Origin: Microcoleus sp. | GTDB taxonomy: Bacteria > Cyanobacteriota > Cyanobacteriia > Cyanobacteriales > Microcoleaceae | Assembly: GCA_052279835.1 (NCBI GenBank) | Contig: CP181291.1 | Span: 2,368,001 to 2,432,000, forward strand | Length of the DNA stretch: 64,000 nucleotides | Direction of reading: 5' to 3' | In this document: piece by piece, positions 32,150 through 42,414 of the stretch | Layout: every line of letters begins with the position of its first letter | Position numbering within the stretch: position 1 is the stretch's first letter | The notes under the pieces: generated by a model | The model's database searches: none | Told to the model about the DNA's origin: nothing | What the model saw: only the letters and a program-made list of their open reading frames with translations | Program-made: the position numbers and the translations under genes

Positions 32150-32740
32150 CTATTCTAACTGTACCGCGCCCTGTCGCAAGATTTTCCAACCACTGCCAGT
32201 CCATTTAGCAACCGTGGAAGGAAGACTCGAAGCTGTGGCTATGGTTGGTAATTCCGAAGGCTGTAAAGTCAGGACTTCGGGAAACTGGGCTTCAATTTCT
32301 GCCATGGACTCCAGAGGGGGTTGGCCGGACAAATTGGCACTGGTGGTAGCCAAAGGGCCTGTCTGCTGTAGAATTTTGCGCGCCAGGGTACAATTTGGGA
32401 CTCGCAATCCAATTGTAGTCGGGTCGATCGGATTCATAGCCACGGGTACTTTTGCTGAAGCTGGGAGCACCAAAGTTAAGGCCCCCGGCCAAACAGATTG
32501 CGCGACTTGTTCCCACACTTGGAAATCTGCTGGACTTCCGTCCACGTAGCCCCACAAATCTTCTGCTGAGGCTGCCATCAAAATCAGCGGTTTGTCTTGG
32601 CTGCGCCGTTTAGCGGCAAAAATCAACTCGGAGCGATCGGGCAAGGTGGCCAAAGCGGGTACAGTATCAGTGGGAAAACTGACAATAGCAGTGCCAGAAA
32701 TTGCTCTTTCAACGAGGGTATTCATCGAAACTTGAGTCAT
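32150..32740 (-). CDS. tsaC: L-threonylcarbamoyladenylate synthase (Sua5/YrdC family)
   Basis: FPTDTV, KRR..DKPL, WPGALTLVL, IGLRVP, TSANLSG. Confidence 0.92.
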   Translation of the reverse strand: MTQVSMNTLVERAISGTAIVSFPTDTVPALATLPDRSELIFAAKRRSQDKPLILMAASAEDLWGYVDGSPADFQVWEQVAQSVWPGALTLVLPASAKVPVAMNPIDPTTIGLRVPNCTLARKILQQTGPLATTSANLSGQPPLESMAEIEAQFPEVLTLQPSELPTIATASSLPSTVAKWTGSGWKILRQGAVQLE

Positions 32741-32780
32741 CGGATTTGAGATTTTTTAGTCATTAGTCAGTTGTCAGTAG

Positions 32781-34181
32781 TCAGTTGTCAACAATCATAT
32801 CAGTCCTCAGCCGATCGACTACTCTATTTAACTCCATCGCGTGAGAGGCCTTAAATAAAAGGCGATCGCCTGTTTCTACAAACTCCATTAAATGCCTTGC
32901 TAGCACATCGTGAGCATTTTCCGCCGAAATATCTTCTATTTCCACCAAAGGCAAACCAGCAGCACCACTCGCCATCGCCACAGCTTCTTCAAAATCAGCA
33001 AACACAAACAAAGCATCGACATTTAAGTTTCGGGCTGCTGTTCCCACTTGTCTGTGAAATTCCAGGGATTTATCGCCCAATTCTTTCATTGTTCCCAACA
33101 CGGCAATCCGCCGTTTTCCTGGAGTATCCGCCAACAGTCTCAAGGCCGCCAACATTGACTCCAAACCAGCATTATAAGTCTCATCCAAAATCACAATATC
33201 CTTTGGTAATTCGTACTTACGCGCTCTCCCATCAGGTAATTGTACAGACAAACCTTGCTGGAAAACTTGCCAATCAATATCTAATACCTTGGCTACAGCC
33301 AAAGCTGCTAGATAATTCACAGCATTGTGCCTTCCTGGTAGAGGTAGTGGCAATTCTATATCTTCAATCCGCATTGAATTATTGTCGATGAATCCGCCAC
33401 GCAAATCTCCACCTTCTAAGCCGTAAGTCAAAGTTTTTCCTGACCAAACTTGGGTAGCTGCTGTGATTAATTTCTCACTATCATGATTGAGAATAGCAAT
33501 ACTGGCTGCTGGCATTTCTGCTAACAATTCGCATTTAGCCGTCGCGATCGCCTCCGATGACCCCAATCGCCCAATATGTGCCGTTCCCACATTTGTAATT
33601 ACTGCTACCGTTGGGCGGGCAATTTGCGCTAACAGCGCAATTTCACCAAGTCCCCGCATTCCCATCTCAATGACGGCATAATTGTGTTTTGGCGACAGCT
33701 CTAACAGGGTCTTTGGTACTCCAATTTCATTGTTATAGTTCAATTGAGTTTTGAGTACATTCCCTTGGGTTGACAAAACTGCTGCAATCAATTCTTTAGT
33801 AGTGGTTTTACCTACGGAACCCGTAACCGCAATTACCGGTATACTGAATTGGTCGCGCCACCAACGGGCGATCGCCTGATAAGCTGTTAAAGTATTGTCA
33901 ACTCGCAATAGGGGAAAGTTAGGAACTTTTCCTTGCCAATCGCGATCGACAACCGCCACGATTGCCCCCAAATCCCTGGCTTTTTCCACAAATTGATGCC
34001 CGTCAAAATTTTCTCCCCGCAGTGCCAAAAATACCTCTCCCCCCTGAATAGTCCGCGTGTCTGTGGTAATACCAGTGCCTAATGTTGTCAACACAGCCTC
34101 AGAGGCAACAGGCAAAGCTACGGTTAAAATTTCAGCAAGTTGGGAAATAGTGACGCGACAAACCATATTACTAGCACTCAC
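32781..34181 (-). CDS. murF: UDP-MurNAc-tripeptide D-Ala-D-Ala ligase
   Basis: GENFDGH, VTGSVGKTTTKE, NYNNEIGVP, EMGM, ILDETYNA, LGTMKELG, LFKASH. Confidence 0.96.
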   Translation of the reverse strand: MSASNMVCRVTISQLAEILTVALPVASEAVLTTLGTGITTDTRTIQGGEVFLALRGENFDGHQFVEKARDLGAIVAVVDRDWQGKVPNFPLLRVDNTLTAYQAIARWWRDQFSIPVIAVTGSVGKTTTKELIAAVLSTQGNVLKTQLNYNNEIGVPKTLLELSPKHNYAVIEMGMRGLGEIALLAQIARPTVAVITNVGTAHIGRLGSSEAIATAKCELLAEMPAASIAILNHDSEKLITAATQVWSGKTLTYGLEGGDLRGGFIDNNSMRIEDIELPLPLPGRHNAVNYLAALAVAKVLDIDWQVFQQGLSVQLPDGRARKYELPKDIVILDETYNAGLESMLAALRLLADTPGKRRIAVLGTMKELGDKSLEFHRQVGTAARNLNVDALFVFADFEEAVAMASGAAGLPLVEIEDISAENAHDVLARHLMEFVETGDRLLFKASHAMELNRVVDRLRTDMIVDN

Positions 34182-34532
34182 ACTTTAAATACTCAATTTC
34201 AGCACTCGCCGCCGATCGCCAGACCTCAAAATTAACTATGTGGGGGCTGTCGATCGGGATTTGCTTTAACAATCGTAATACTAAATCGCCCTCAGACTCA
34301 CAAATCTCTAACTGGGGGTCTACATTTGCGAGCAATTTTTTACCTAAAATAATGGTGATTGAGGCCTTGCGAGGCGCTAAGAATTTGTGTCATGCTATTG
34401 TTAGTAAATAGTTTAATTAGACAAAAAAGAGCGATCGGCCCACGATGCTGACCACTGCTGCCCCAAAGCTTTGGGAATCCAGCAAATGCCTTAATTCAAT
34501 TCAGGTGCTTCTTCAGCTAATTTATCGAGCCA

Positions 34533-35870
34533 ATGGCGCTGCAACATCTTGCCCAATTTCGGAGGGTAAAAAGAGTGAATAATACCTGGAAAGACAGTTA
34601 CAGCCGATCTAGCTACGAAGCTGAACAGCTACTTTATCAGCACTGGCTGAATCTGGTACAAGTAGAACAACCAGCGGAAATTATCCATCGTTTTCGCACT
34701 TTATTTATCAATTGTGAGAACTATCCCGATCGGGCGATCGTCGAGGCTTTGGAAAAAATCGCCACCTCAAAAGATGCAGAACCAGAATTCAAGTACATCC
34801 TCAACCGCTGCTGTCACATCGCCATCAACCGCTGGCAAACCTACCCCAACAAGCAAGCGGCCATCCCGGAATTGATCGCTGTATTTGAAGGGGTTCCCAA
34901 GGTCATATTTGGATACAATCGATCGCGGGCGATCGGTCAAATCGCCAAATTAGTCAATCAATTTACCACCAGCGAACAGTACCTCGCCCTCAAACGCTTA
35001 TCCAAAGTCATCCTTCACGGCTCAGAAGAGGGTAACAACAGCAAAACCCCCACTAACCTAGCCCTGGGAAGCTTAATTCCTCGCTACCCATACCTTTACA
35101 CCCACTGCCTCCTCAGCGACGACAGCAACTACGAACAACAAAGAATCATTAAAAAAATCCAAGCCCGAAAGCAACAGCAATTTGAAATCAACCTCTCCCA
35201 ATACGTCGCTCACCAAGTGAGAAAAATGCAAATAGCTCGCCGGGGAACCTCGGTTTCCTTTGGCAGGCTTATACAAAATATAAACAACCCCACGCTTTTG
35301 AGCGACACTGAACTGTTGTTCGCTGTCAAGCAATTTGTCGGCAAAGTAGAAGGAGGCAATACTTACAGACACCTAGCGAACAGTTTTCTTGCCCACACTA
35401 GCCAAAGTCAGTCCTACGGTTCTTTTAAAGATGATTTATACGAATACTTGATTTCTGGTGTCACCAACCACCGCTACGGTCAAGGTCAATTTAAGGAAAA
35501 ATTGTATAAGCAATTACAAAGTACCTTTCCCCACAGCGACTCTCAGAAGTTAAACGAATGTTTAATGATGAGAACTTGCAGCCAGTTATTGAATTTTTTA
35601 GTAGTAGAGAGTCAGAAACGACCCAACCACTTTGTCTTCATTGACCTCATCTCCAATCTCGGCCCCACGGAGACTACAGGTTTGCTGCTGAAAATTGTAC
35701 TAATTTGCGGCAAAGTCAAACCCTACCTAGAAAAGCGTTTGGCAATTTTGTTCGGTCACTACGAGTTTTCTGCCAGAACAGGTGTGATGTGGTTAGTGAA
35801 AGCCCTAGAAAACCTGAATTTAGCTTTGAGTACCAACTTTGGCAAGGTAGACCTATCTTTCCTGCCGTAA
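34533..35870 (+). CDS. Hypothetical protein (445 aa), probably conserved in cyanobacteria
   Basis: Long ORF with host-like composition and HIP1 sites; no catalytic motif recognised. Confidence 0.75.
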   Translation: MALQHLAQFRRVKRVNNTWKDSYSRSSYEAEQLLYQHWLNLVQVEQPAEIIHRFRTLFINCENYPDRAIVEALEKIATSKDAEPEFKYILNRCCHIAINRWQTYPNKQAAIPELIAVFEGVPKVIFGYNRSRAIGQIAKLVNQFTTSEQYLALKRLSKVILHGSEEGNNSKTPTNLALGSLIPRYPYLYTHCLLSDDSNYEQQRIIKKIQARKQQQFEINLSQYVAHQVRKMQIARRGTSVSFGRLIQNINNPTLLSDTELLFAVKQFVGKVEGGNTYRHLANSFLAHTSQSQSYGSFKDDLYEYLISGVTNHRYGQGQFKEKLYKQLQSTFPHSDSQKLNECLMMRTCSQLLNFLVVESQKRPNHFVFIDLISNLGPTETTGLLLKIVLICGKVKPYLEKRLAILFGHYEFSARTGVMWLVKALENLNLALSTNFGKVDLSFLP

Positions 35871-35947
35871 ATAGGCTCGGCGCCACTAACTCTTGAAACC
35901 TACTCATCAGAGACTATTCTGTGTTAAAATACCAAGTGTGAATTAGA

Positions 35948-36056
35948 TTCGGTTGTAGGCTTTGTTCATTGCTACAGAATTGTCTAAAAACTTGCCCTTC
36001 TGTATCGGCAGGGAACTCTCCGAAACTGAAATCTTTGCACTGTCTAAATTTTGGAG
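35948..36056 (+). promoter_or_regulatory. Conserved 5' UTR boxes of cold-inducible cyanobacterial rbp genes
   Basis: TTCGGTTG (35948), TTTGTT (35961), TCTCCGAA (36017-36024) complementary to RBS-like TTTGGAG (36050-36056). Confidence 0.65.
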
Positions 36057-36065
36057 TTATTTCCC

Positions 36066-36398
36066 ATGTCGATATACGTCGGTAACTTATCCTACCAAGT
36101 TACCTCAGAAGACATCACCTCCGTCTTCGCCGAATACGGAACCGTTAAGCGAGTACATCTACCTACCGACAGAGAAACAGGTCGCCCTCGCGGCTTCGGT
36201 TTTGTAGAAATGTCAAACGATGCAGAAGAAGATGCAGCCATTGCTGCTCTCGATGGAGCAGAGTGGATGGGTCGCGACCTCAAAGTTAATAAAGCCAAAC
36301 CCCGCGAAGATGAAGGTAATCGCTCCGGCGGCAACCGCGGCGGCGGTGGTCCTGGAAAATTTGCTCGCGGTGGAGGAGGAGGCGGACCACGTTATTAA
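36066..36398 (+). CDS. rbp: RRM RNA-binding protein with Gly-rich tail (RbpA class)
   Basis: MSIYVGNL (RNP2), RGFGFVEM (RNP1), EWMGRDLKVNKAKPRE, Gly-rich C-terminus; ATG at 36066. Confidence 0.97.
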   Translation: MSIYVGNLSYQVTSEDITSVFAEYGTVKRVHLPTDRETGRPRGFGFVEMSNDAEEDAAIAALDGAEWMGRDLKVNKAKPREDEGNRSGGNRGGGGPGKFARGGGGGGPRY

Positions 36399-36485
36399 TT
36401 TCCTCGGACGCAGATTTGATATTGGAGATTTCCGATGAAGGGCACCTAGCTCCGAACCGCCTTCTGTTCAAATCTCCTGCTTTAC

Positions 36486-37638
36486 CAAAAATTTGGGTTT
36501 AAAGCCCCGTCCTTTTAGGACGGCTTTGATTTCCGGTAAATACAGGCTAAAGCCAAGGGTCAAGCCCTTGGCTTTTAGCTATCAGTTTTTTTTTGTTGAG
36601 ATGGCAGAGTCTTGCTCTAAACTCAGACTCTATAGAGCGATTGGCCAGAACCCCGTCCTTGCAAGGCCCGGATGAAGGCTAGTAGCAGCTTTTAAGCTGC
36701 CCGTCATCCGTTGAGTTCTGGTTCTGGTCATTGTATCTACAAAATGCTATAATACTTTGTAGAGAGAGACAAGAACCATGCTAAATCTCAGTTACGAGTA
36801 CAAACTAAAGCCGACAGACGGGCAGATTGCTCAAATCGAACGAACTCTGGTAATTTGTCGTAAAGTTTGGAACTACGCATTGAGAGAGCGCAAAGACTGG
36901 ATTAACTCTCGTAAATGTCCGATTAATGCTTGCTCGCTCGATGGCGAGTACATTATTCCTGCCGATGCTCCCTACCCAAATTATTATATTCAGGCGGCGG
37001 GGCTGACAATCGCCAAAAAGTTGTTTCCCGAACTCAAAACGGTTAACGCTCAAATGCTTCAACAGGTGTTAAGAAAGCTGGAAACAGCCTTCCTAGACAT
37101 GAAGCGCAAGGGAATGGGATTTCCGAGATTTAAGAGTAAATACCGAATGCGGTCGTTTGTTTTCCCTCAAATGCTGAAAAATTGCATCCAAGGAAATAGT
37201 ATTAAACTCCCACAGTTTGGCATTGTTGAATTCATTAAATCAAGAGAGATTCCGCTCAATTCTGTCATGGGTATGCTGGAAACAGGGAATACATTTCGAG
37301 AAAGTAAACAAGGATTACACTTCTCAGGTCTGTCCGAATTGTAATAGTCATACTGGCAAGAAATCTTTCGATGAACGAGTACATAATTGCCCTGAGTGTG
37401 GGTATACTACACATCGAGATGTAGCAGCGGCTCAAGTTATTCGGAATCGGGGATTGTCGGCGGAGGGACGCTTCGTAGACATTAAAGAAATTGCCTGTGG
37501 AGGCGGTCTGACGGGGACTGGAAACGGTCTAGTTAAAAGCCAAAGATACAGGAAGAAGAAAGCATGAAGGCACGGTCTGGGCCAGCCTTCATGCAACCTT
37601 TGAGAATCCCCGCCCATTCATGCCGGGGAGTCCGTCAA
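36486..37638 (+). mobile_element. IS200/IS605-family element (tnpB only, non-autonomous) inserted 3' of TTAC
   Basis: Left end after TTAC: CAAAAATTTGGGTTTAAAGCCCCGTCCTTTTAGGACGGCTTT hairpin. Right end: GAATCCCCGCCCATTCATGCCGGGGAGTCCGTCAA. No target duplication. Joining the flanks restores the clpS end EPDE*. Confidence 0.9.
36778..37567 (+). pseudogene. tnpB: tnpB with internal deletion and frameshift (RuvC-I/II lost)
   Basis: N-terminal YEYKLKPT...CRKVWNYAL...GFPRFK...IKLPQFG jumps near 37252 to another frame carrying YTSQVCPNC..CPECG..HRDVAAA; no GID motif. Confidence 0.88.
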
Positions 37639-37916
37639 TCGTCTGGTTCGATCGTACTACTCAATCCGTGATTGTTGAGCGTTTCGCTGTAAAACTCAGC
37701 GTGTTCTAGGGCACACACAATCACCAGTCCCAGCCCGTTGGTGTGAGCTTCCATCATAATATTCACAGCCTGTGGCTGAGTCAGACTCGGAACCGTCTGC
37801 ATCAGAGTCTGCACCACGTACTCCATCGGGTTGAAATCATCATTGTGCAGCAGAACGCGGTAGCGGGGTGCAAGCTTACGGACTGTTGAAGGCTTTACAA
37901 TAATTTCGACAGACAC
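37635..37916 (-). CDS. clpS: ATP-dependent Clp protease adaptor ClpS
   Basis: YRVLLHNDDFNPMEYVV...MMEAHTNG...EHAEFY. Confidence 0.96.
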   Translation of the reverse strand: MSVEIIVKPSTVRKLAPRYRVLLHNDDFNPMEYVVQTLMQTVPSLTQPQAVNIMMEAHTNGLGLVIVCALEHAEFYSETLNNHGLSSTIEPDD

Positions 37917-38214
37917 TACTTTGTATCCTCCTGGTGGGTAAAATGTTAAAATTTGTGAATAATCTTGAGCCGGATTCTTCCGCTGTGCAATGGTATCCGA
38001 CTTTCAGTTATTTTAATTGAATTGACATCCTGTGGGGTCATCAAATTCCGACAAAGTAGCCAAAAAGTCGATCGCCAGACGCAGATGCAGTTTGGCAAAA
38101 CTCCTGTCTCCCAAGCCTGTTACCGTGAGCGGGCGATCGCCGTACAATTAGAACACAAAAGATAAAAATAAAAAACTACTCCCTGGTAACTCTCCAAAAC
38201 CCACTGAAGCTTAT

Positions 38215-38817
38215 ATGAAACGCAAACCTAAACCCTACAACGACAGATTCACAGCCGACGCACCGCGAGGAGATGAAGACTCCGACTACTCAAGTCCCTT
38301 TGGCGGACAATCCCGACGCCCGGCTCCCTCTGGGAAACCTTCCTTCGTCAATTACACATCCTTGGGGATTTTAGCAGCAGTGTTCATTCTCGGCATTGGG
38401 ATTGGTATTGCCTTTAGCTCTACCGCTACCATTAGCCCAGAAAACGTAGCATCCCGCGAATTTATCGATCGCAGTGCCCCGAATCCCGAACTTTGCGTAC
38501 AGTTTGGAGCCAGCGCGATGGTGACAGATATGCGCGCCTATGTCACCCTCAACCCTTTCAACGTCTACATTTCACAGCCGACAATGCGTCCTGGTTGCGT
38601 GCTCAGAACCAATAACTGGGCAATTCTAGAACAAAGAAAGCTCGTCAGCCAAGACCAAGTACGCGAGTGCAAAAATCGGATGAACACATTTGGCTTCACC
38701 GGTACTTTGGAAAGTCAACCGGATATCAATTGTATCTATCAAAACGATAGTGCCAAAAACCTGTTTATCAACCAGCCCGGTTCCGTGGCTCCAACCACAG
38801 ATAATCAGAATTTCTAA
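38215..38817 (+). CDS. DUF3172-like cyanobacterial membrane protein
   Basis: One TM segment followed by APNPELCVQFGASA...PGCV...CKNRMNTFGF. Confidence 0.8.
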   Translation: MKRKPKPYNDRFTADAPRGDEDSDYSSPFGGQSRRPAPSGKPSFVNYTSLGILAAVFILGIGIGIAFSSTATISPENVASREFIDRSAPNPELCVQFGASAMVTDMRAYVTLNPFNVYISQPTMRPGCVLRTNNWAILEQRKLVSQDQVRECKNRMNTFGFTGTLESQPDINCIYQNDSAKNLFINQPGSVAPTTDNQNF

Positions 38818-38993
38818 GGTGAGGTCGCTCTCCCGTTATCCCCAAGGGTTAGCGGGAGAGTGACCCTCTATAGTTTTTCGTCAGGACTTGAGTCCTTAAG
38901 TACGGATATCTCACCGATTTCACGTCTGCAACCGGGCTGCCCACAGGCGAGAATAGACTGTAAATTATATATGTATCGCATAGTAATGGTCTT

Positions 38994-39977
38994 ATGTACA
39001 AGCAACTAATTTCAAGAATCAAACCGCTTTTGAAATCACTATTTGCGATCGGGCTGGTACTGACACTAGCCCTGGGTAACGCTGATGGAGCCCTGGCGGC
39101 CCGCAGCGGAGGACGCATCGGTGGTGGCTCTTTTCGGGCTCCAGCGCGCAGTTATTCGTCTCCTAGCCGCACTTACGCACCGTCTGGAGGGGGGTACTAC
39201 CCTGGTGGTGGCTTTGGTGGTGGCTTTGGTTTCCCGTTCTTGCTGCCCTTTTTTGGGTTTGGGGGCGGCTTTGGTGGTTTGTTCTCGATTTTGATTTTTA
39301 TTTCGATCGCGAATTTCCTCGTCCAAAGCTTCCGCCGCGCCGGGGGCACAGGCGAGGAAGAACTAGGTTACAGCACACCTACAAACGTCTCTGTGGCTCG
39401 TTTGCAAGTTGGTTTGCTAGCAGAGGCTCGCAGTTTGCAATCGGAACTCGACTCCTTAGCAAAAACAGCGGATACCGATACAGCAACGGGTCGCGCTCAG
39501 GTACTACAAGAATCTACTTTGGCGTTGCTGCGCCATCCAGAATACTGGGTTTATGCCGGTGCTGAATCTCAGCAAACTCGCTTGGAAGCAGCAGAAGCTA
39601 AATTTAATCAATTTTCTCTGGCAGAACGCAGTAAATTTACAGAAGAAACTCTCTCAAATTTTAACAACCAGCTTCGGGAATCTGGAAGCAACAATGTACT
39701 GCCAAGTGTGAAGGAAAATGGCGTACTGGTGGCTGGGGATTTGAGTCAAGCTCCCGGTGAATATATTGTGGTGACGTTGATTGTCGGTACCCTAGGCAAA
39801 CTGCAATTACCAGTAGTCAAAAATTCTGAAGATTTGCGCATGGCTTTGCGTCAAATTGGGGGAGTGTCTAGCGAGCAGTTGTTGGCGATTGAGGTGCTGT
39901 GGACTCCTCAAGCTAATGGCGATACTTTGACTGCTGATGATATGTTGGCTGGTTATCCCGATTTGCGATCGATTTAG
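38994..39977 (+). CDS. DUF1517 protein (FLAP1-like)
   Basis: AARSGGRIGGGSF, Gly/Phe-rich TM region, LQVGLL, LALLRHPEYW, ERSKF.EETLSN, EVLWTPQ. Confidence 0.88.
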   Translation: MYKQLISRIKPLLKSLFAIGLVLTLALGNADGALAARSGGRIGGGSFRAPARSYSSPSRTYAPSGGGYYPGGGFGGGFGFPFLLPFFGFGGGFGGLFSILIFISIANFLVQSFRRAGGTGEEELGYSTPTNVSVARLQVGLLAEARSLQSELDSLAKTADTDTATGRAQVLQESTLALLRHPEYWVYAGAESQQTRLEAAEAKFNQFSLAERSKFTEETLSNFNNQLRESGSNNVLPSVKENGVLVAGDLSQAPGEYIVVTLIVGTLGKLQLPVVKNSEDLRMALRQIGGVSSEQLLAIEVLWTPQANGDTLTADDMLAGYPDLRSI

Positions 39978-39986
39978 TCAGAGACT

Positions 39987-40017
39987 ATGGGCGCGGTGAA
40001 TTGTGCCCCGCGCCCAT
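39987..40017 (+). terminator. GC-rich hairpin after the DUF1517 gene
   Basis: 10-bp stem ATGGGCGCGG / CCGCGCCCAT; no strong U-tract. Confidence 0.45.
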
Positions 40018-40095
40018 GACAGGGGATCTATTTAAAAAAATTGTTTAACCAATGCTATTATTGACAGATTATGCATCTAATTTTTTATAAAAAAA

Positions 40096-40201
40096 CATTC
40101 GGTAAGCGGCAAACCTGCTGAGGCAAGGGAACCCTAGTAATAGGGATATTAAGACCGCAATGTCTTAAGAATCTCAGTCGCTTCAGCGCTGAGAGTGTCA
40201 A
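40096..40201 (+). ncRNA. Orphan IS200/IS605 right-end (omegaRNA-like) structured RNA
   Basis: Hairpins CCCTA-GTAA-TAGGG and TTAAGAC-cGCAAt-GTCTTAA (GNRA loops), then AAGAATCTCAGTCGCTTCAGCGCTGAGAGTGTCAA with the same architecture as the IS right end at 37601-37638; TTGACA at 40061. Confidence 0.65.
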
Positions 40202-40225
40202 AAAAAGCGATCGGGAGCTAGATTC

Positions 40226-40780
40226 ATGACCGACAGCAGTAGAAAAAAAGCACTTTTCATTTTGAGCCAGTTAAATAACGATGACATCAACTGGATAGTC
40301 CAAAAAGGTAAGAAGGAAATTATTGAACCCGACAGGATACTGATTCACGAAGGGAGACAAATCGATGCCCTCTACATTGTATTGAAGGGAAATTTGAGCG
40401 TTTTGCTAGAGGCGAAGGCTACTAAAGAACTGGCAAAAATAGGTAGCGGAGAATTGGTGGGAGAAGTTTCTTTTATTGATGCTCGACCTCCTTTGGCAAC
40501 GGTGAAGGCGATCGAAAAAACAGAGTTGTTAGCAATTCCACGGCGACAATTAATTATTAAACTGCAACATGATATGGGCTTTGCTTCCCGATTTTATTGT
40601 GGAATTTCTCTGTGTCTGGCTGACAGAATGCGCGGTACGATTAGACACATAGAGTATGGTCGTAATCTTGAATTAGAAAACTCGGAATTAGAAGCTGAGG
40701 ATACTAATCCGAGTGTGATGGAGAATTTGGGTCTAGCGCAGGCTAAGTTTAATTGGTTGATGGAAAATGTGAGGGGTTAA
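40226..40780 (+). CDS. Cyclic nucleotide-binding domain protein
   Basis: LIHEG...LYIVLKG...GELVGEVSFID.RPPLATVKA. Confidence 0.9.
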   Translation: MTDSSRKKALFILSQLNNDDINWIVQKGKKEIIEPDRILIHEGRQIDALYIVLKGNLSVLLEAKATKELAKIGSGELVGEVSFIDARPPLATVKAIEKTELLAIPRRQLIIKLQHDMGFASRFYCGISLCLADRMRGTIRHIEYGRNLELENSELEAEDTNPSVMENLGLAQAKFNWLMENVRG

Positions 40781-40928
40781 GGGGCTTAAAAAAGACCCAT
40801 TTTTTTAGTATAATTTGTTCCCCTTTGAGAAATTCCTGTGCTTGAACTAATTTAGGGACAAGGCTACCCAAACAGTAAAATAGGGGTAGCTTTGTTCCTA
40901 AATTAACTTAAAGTTTTGAACCTGCCAA

Positions 40929-42414
40929 TTAAGGCAAATCCGTGCTCCCCATTAAATAAAGGTCGCACTCGCGGGCGACACCCCGCCCCTCGTTAATTGC
41001 CCAAACTACCAAACTTTGACCCCGGCGACAGTCACCAGCGGCGAACACTCCCGGAATGCTGGTTGTATATTTTTCGTGTTCGGCTTTGATATTGCTGCGG
41101 GCGTCGCGTTCCAATCCCATCGCATCCAGCAAGGGCTGTTCTGGACCTAGGAAGCCCATCGCTAGCAAGACAAGCTGGGCTGGTAGGACTTTTTCGGTGC
41201 CGGGGATGTGTTTGGGAATGAACTGTCCTTTTTCATTTTTTGTCCACTCCACTTCAACGGTGTGTACGGCTTTGACGTTGCCGTTTTCGTCGCCCTCGAA
41301 CTTGGTGGCGGTGGTGAGATAGCCGCGGGGATCGTCGCCGAATTTGGCTGCGGCTTCTTCTTGGCCGTAGTCGAGACGGTAGACTTTTGGCCATTCGGGC
41401 CAGGGATTGTTGGCGGCGCGTTCGGAGGGAGGTTTGGGGAGGATTTCAAGCTGTACCAGGCTGTTGCAGCCGTGGCGGATGGATGTGCCCACGCAGTCGG
41501 TGCCTGTGTCGCCACCGCCGATGATGACGACATCTTTGCCCGCGGCGGAGATGAAGTTATCGTTGGTGCTCTTGTCGAGAACTGCTTTGGTATTGGCGGT
41601 GAGGAAGTCCATGGCGAAGTGGATGCCTTTGAATTCGCGTCCTTCGATGCCTAAGTCGCGGGGTTTGGTGGCACCGGTACAGAGAAACAACGGAGTCGAA
41701 TTCTTTGAGCAATTGTTCTACGGGTAAGTCTTTGCCGACTTCGGTGTTGCAGATGAATTTGACTCCTTCGTCTTCGAGGACTTTGAGGCGGCGCAGGACT
41801 ACTTGTTCTTTGTCTAGCTTCATGTTGGGGATGCCATACATTAGCAGGCCACCGGGGCGATCGGCTCTTTCGTATACTGTTACCCAATGACCGGCTTTGT
41901 TGAGTTGGGCGGCGGCGGACAAACCGGCGGGCCCGGAACCGATGATGGCGATGTTTTTGCCGGTGCGTTTCGCCGGTGGTTCGGCGGTAATCCAGCCTTC
42001 ATCCCAGCCTTTGTCGATGATTGAGGCTTCGATGTTTTTGATTGTGACTGGCGGGTTGTTGATGCCGAGCACGCAAGCGCCTTCGCAGGGTGCGGGACAG
42101 ACTCGGCCGGTGAATTCGGGGAAGTTGTTAGTTTTGTGGAGTCTGTCTAGGGCTTCTTTCCAGAGTCCGCGATATACTAGGTCGTTCCATTCGGGGATCA
42201 GGTTGTTGATGGGGCAGCCGCTGGCCATGCCGCTAATCAGGTTTCCGGTGTGGCAAAATGGGATGCCGCAGTCCATGCAGCGCGCGCCTTGGCTGCGGAG
42301 TTTGTCCTCGTCCATGGGTAGGTGAAATTCATCCCAGTTGTGGACTCTCTCGACTGGTGAGAGTTCGGAGGGTAGTTCGCGCAAAAATTCGATAAAGCCT
42401 GTTGGTTTTCCCAT
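40929..42414 (-). pseudogene. gltD: NADH glutamate synthase small subunit with a +1 frameshift (real or sequencing error)
   Basis: MGKPTGF...[10 protein letters not shown]...GRVCPAPCE...IGSGPAG continues as CTGAT...[10 protein letters not shown]...[18 protein letters not shown] after one extra base at 41685-41687. Confidence 0.9.

Noticed and set aside
31747..33681. Plus-strand ORFs over the kinase, tsaC and murF genes
   Set aside because: Antisense to well-supported genes and without motifs
36590..36650. tnpA remnant in the IS left part
   Set aside because: Only a vague RSIESE similarity on the minus strand; no HUH motif
40100..40170. c-di-GMP-I riboswitch (GGCAAACC start)
   Set aside because: The rest of the consensus is missing, and the GTCAA-terminated hairpin fits an IS605 right end better
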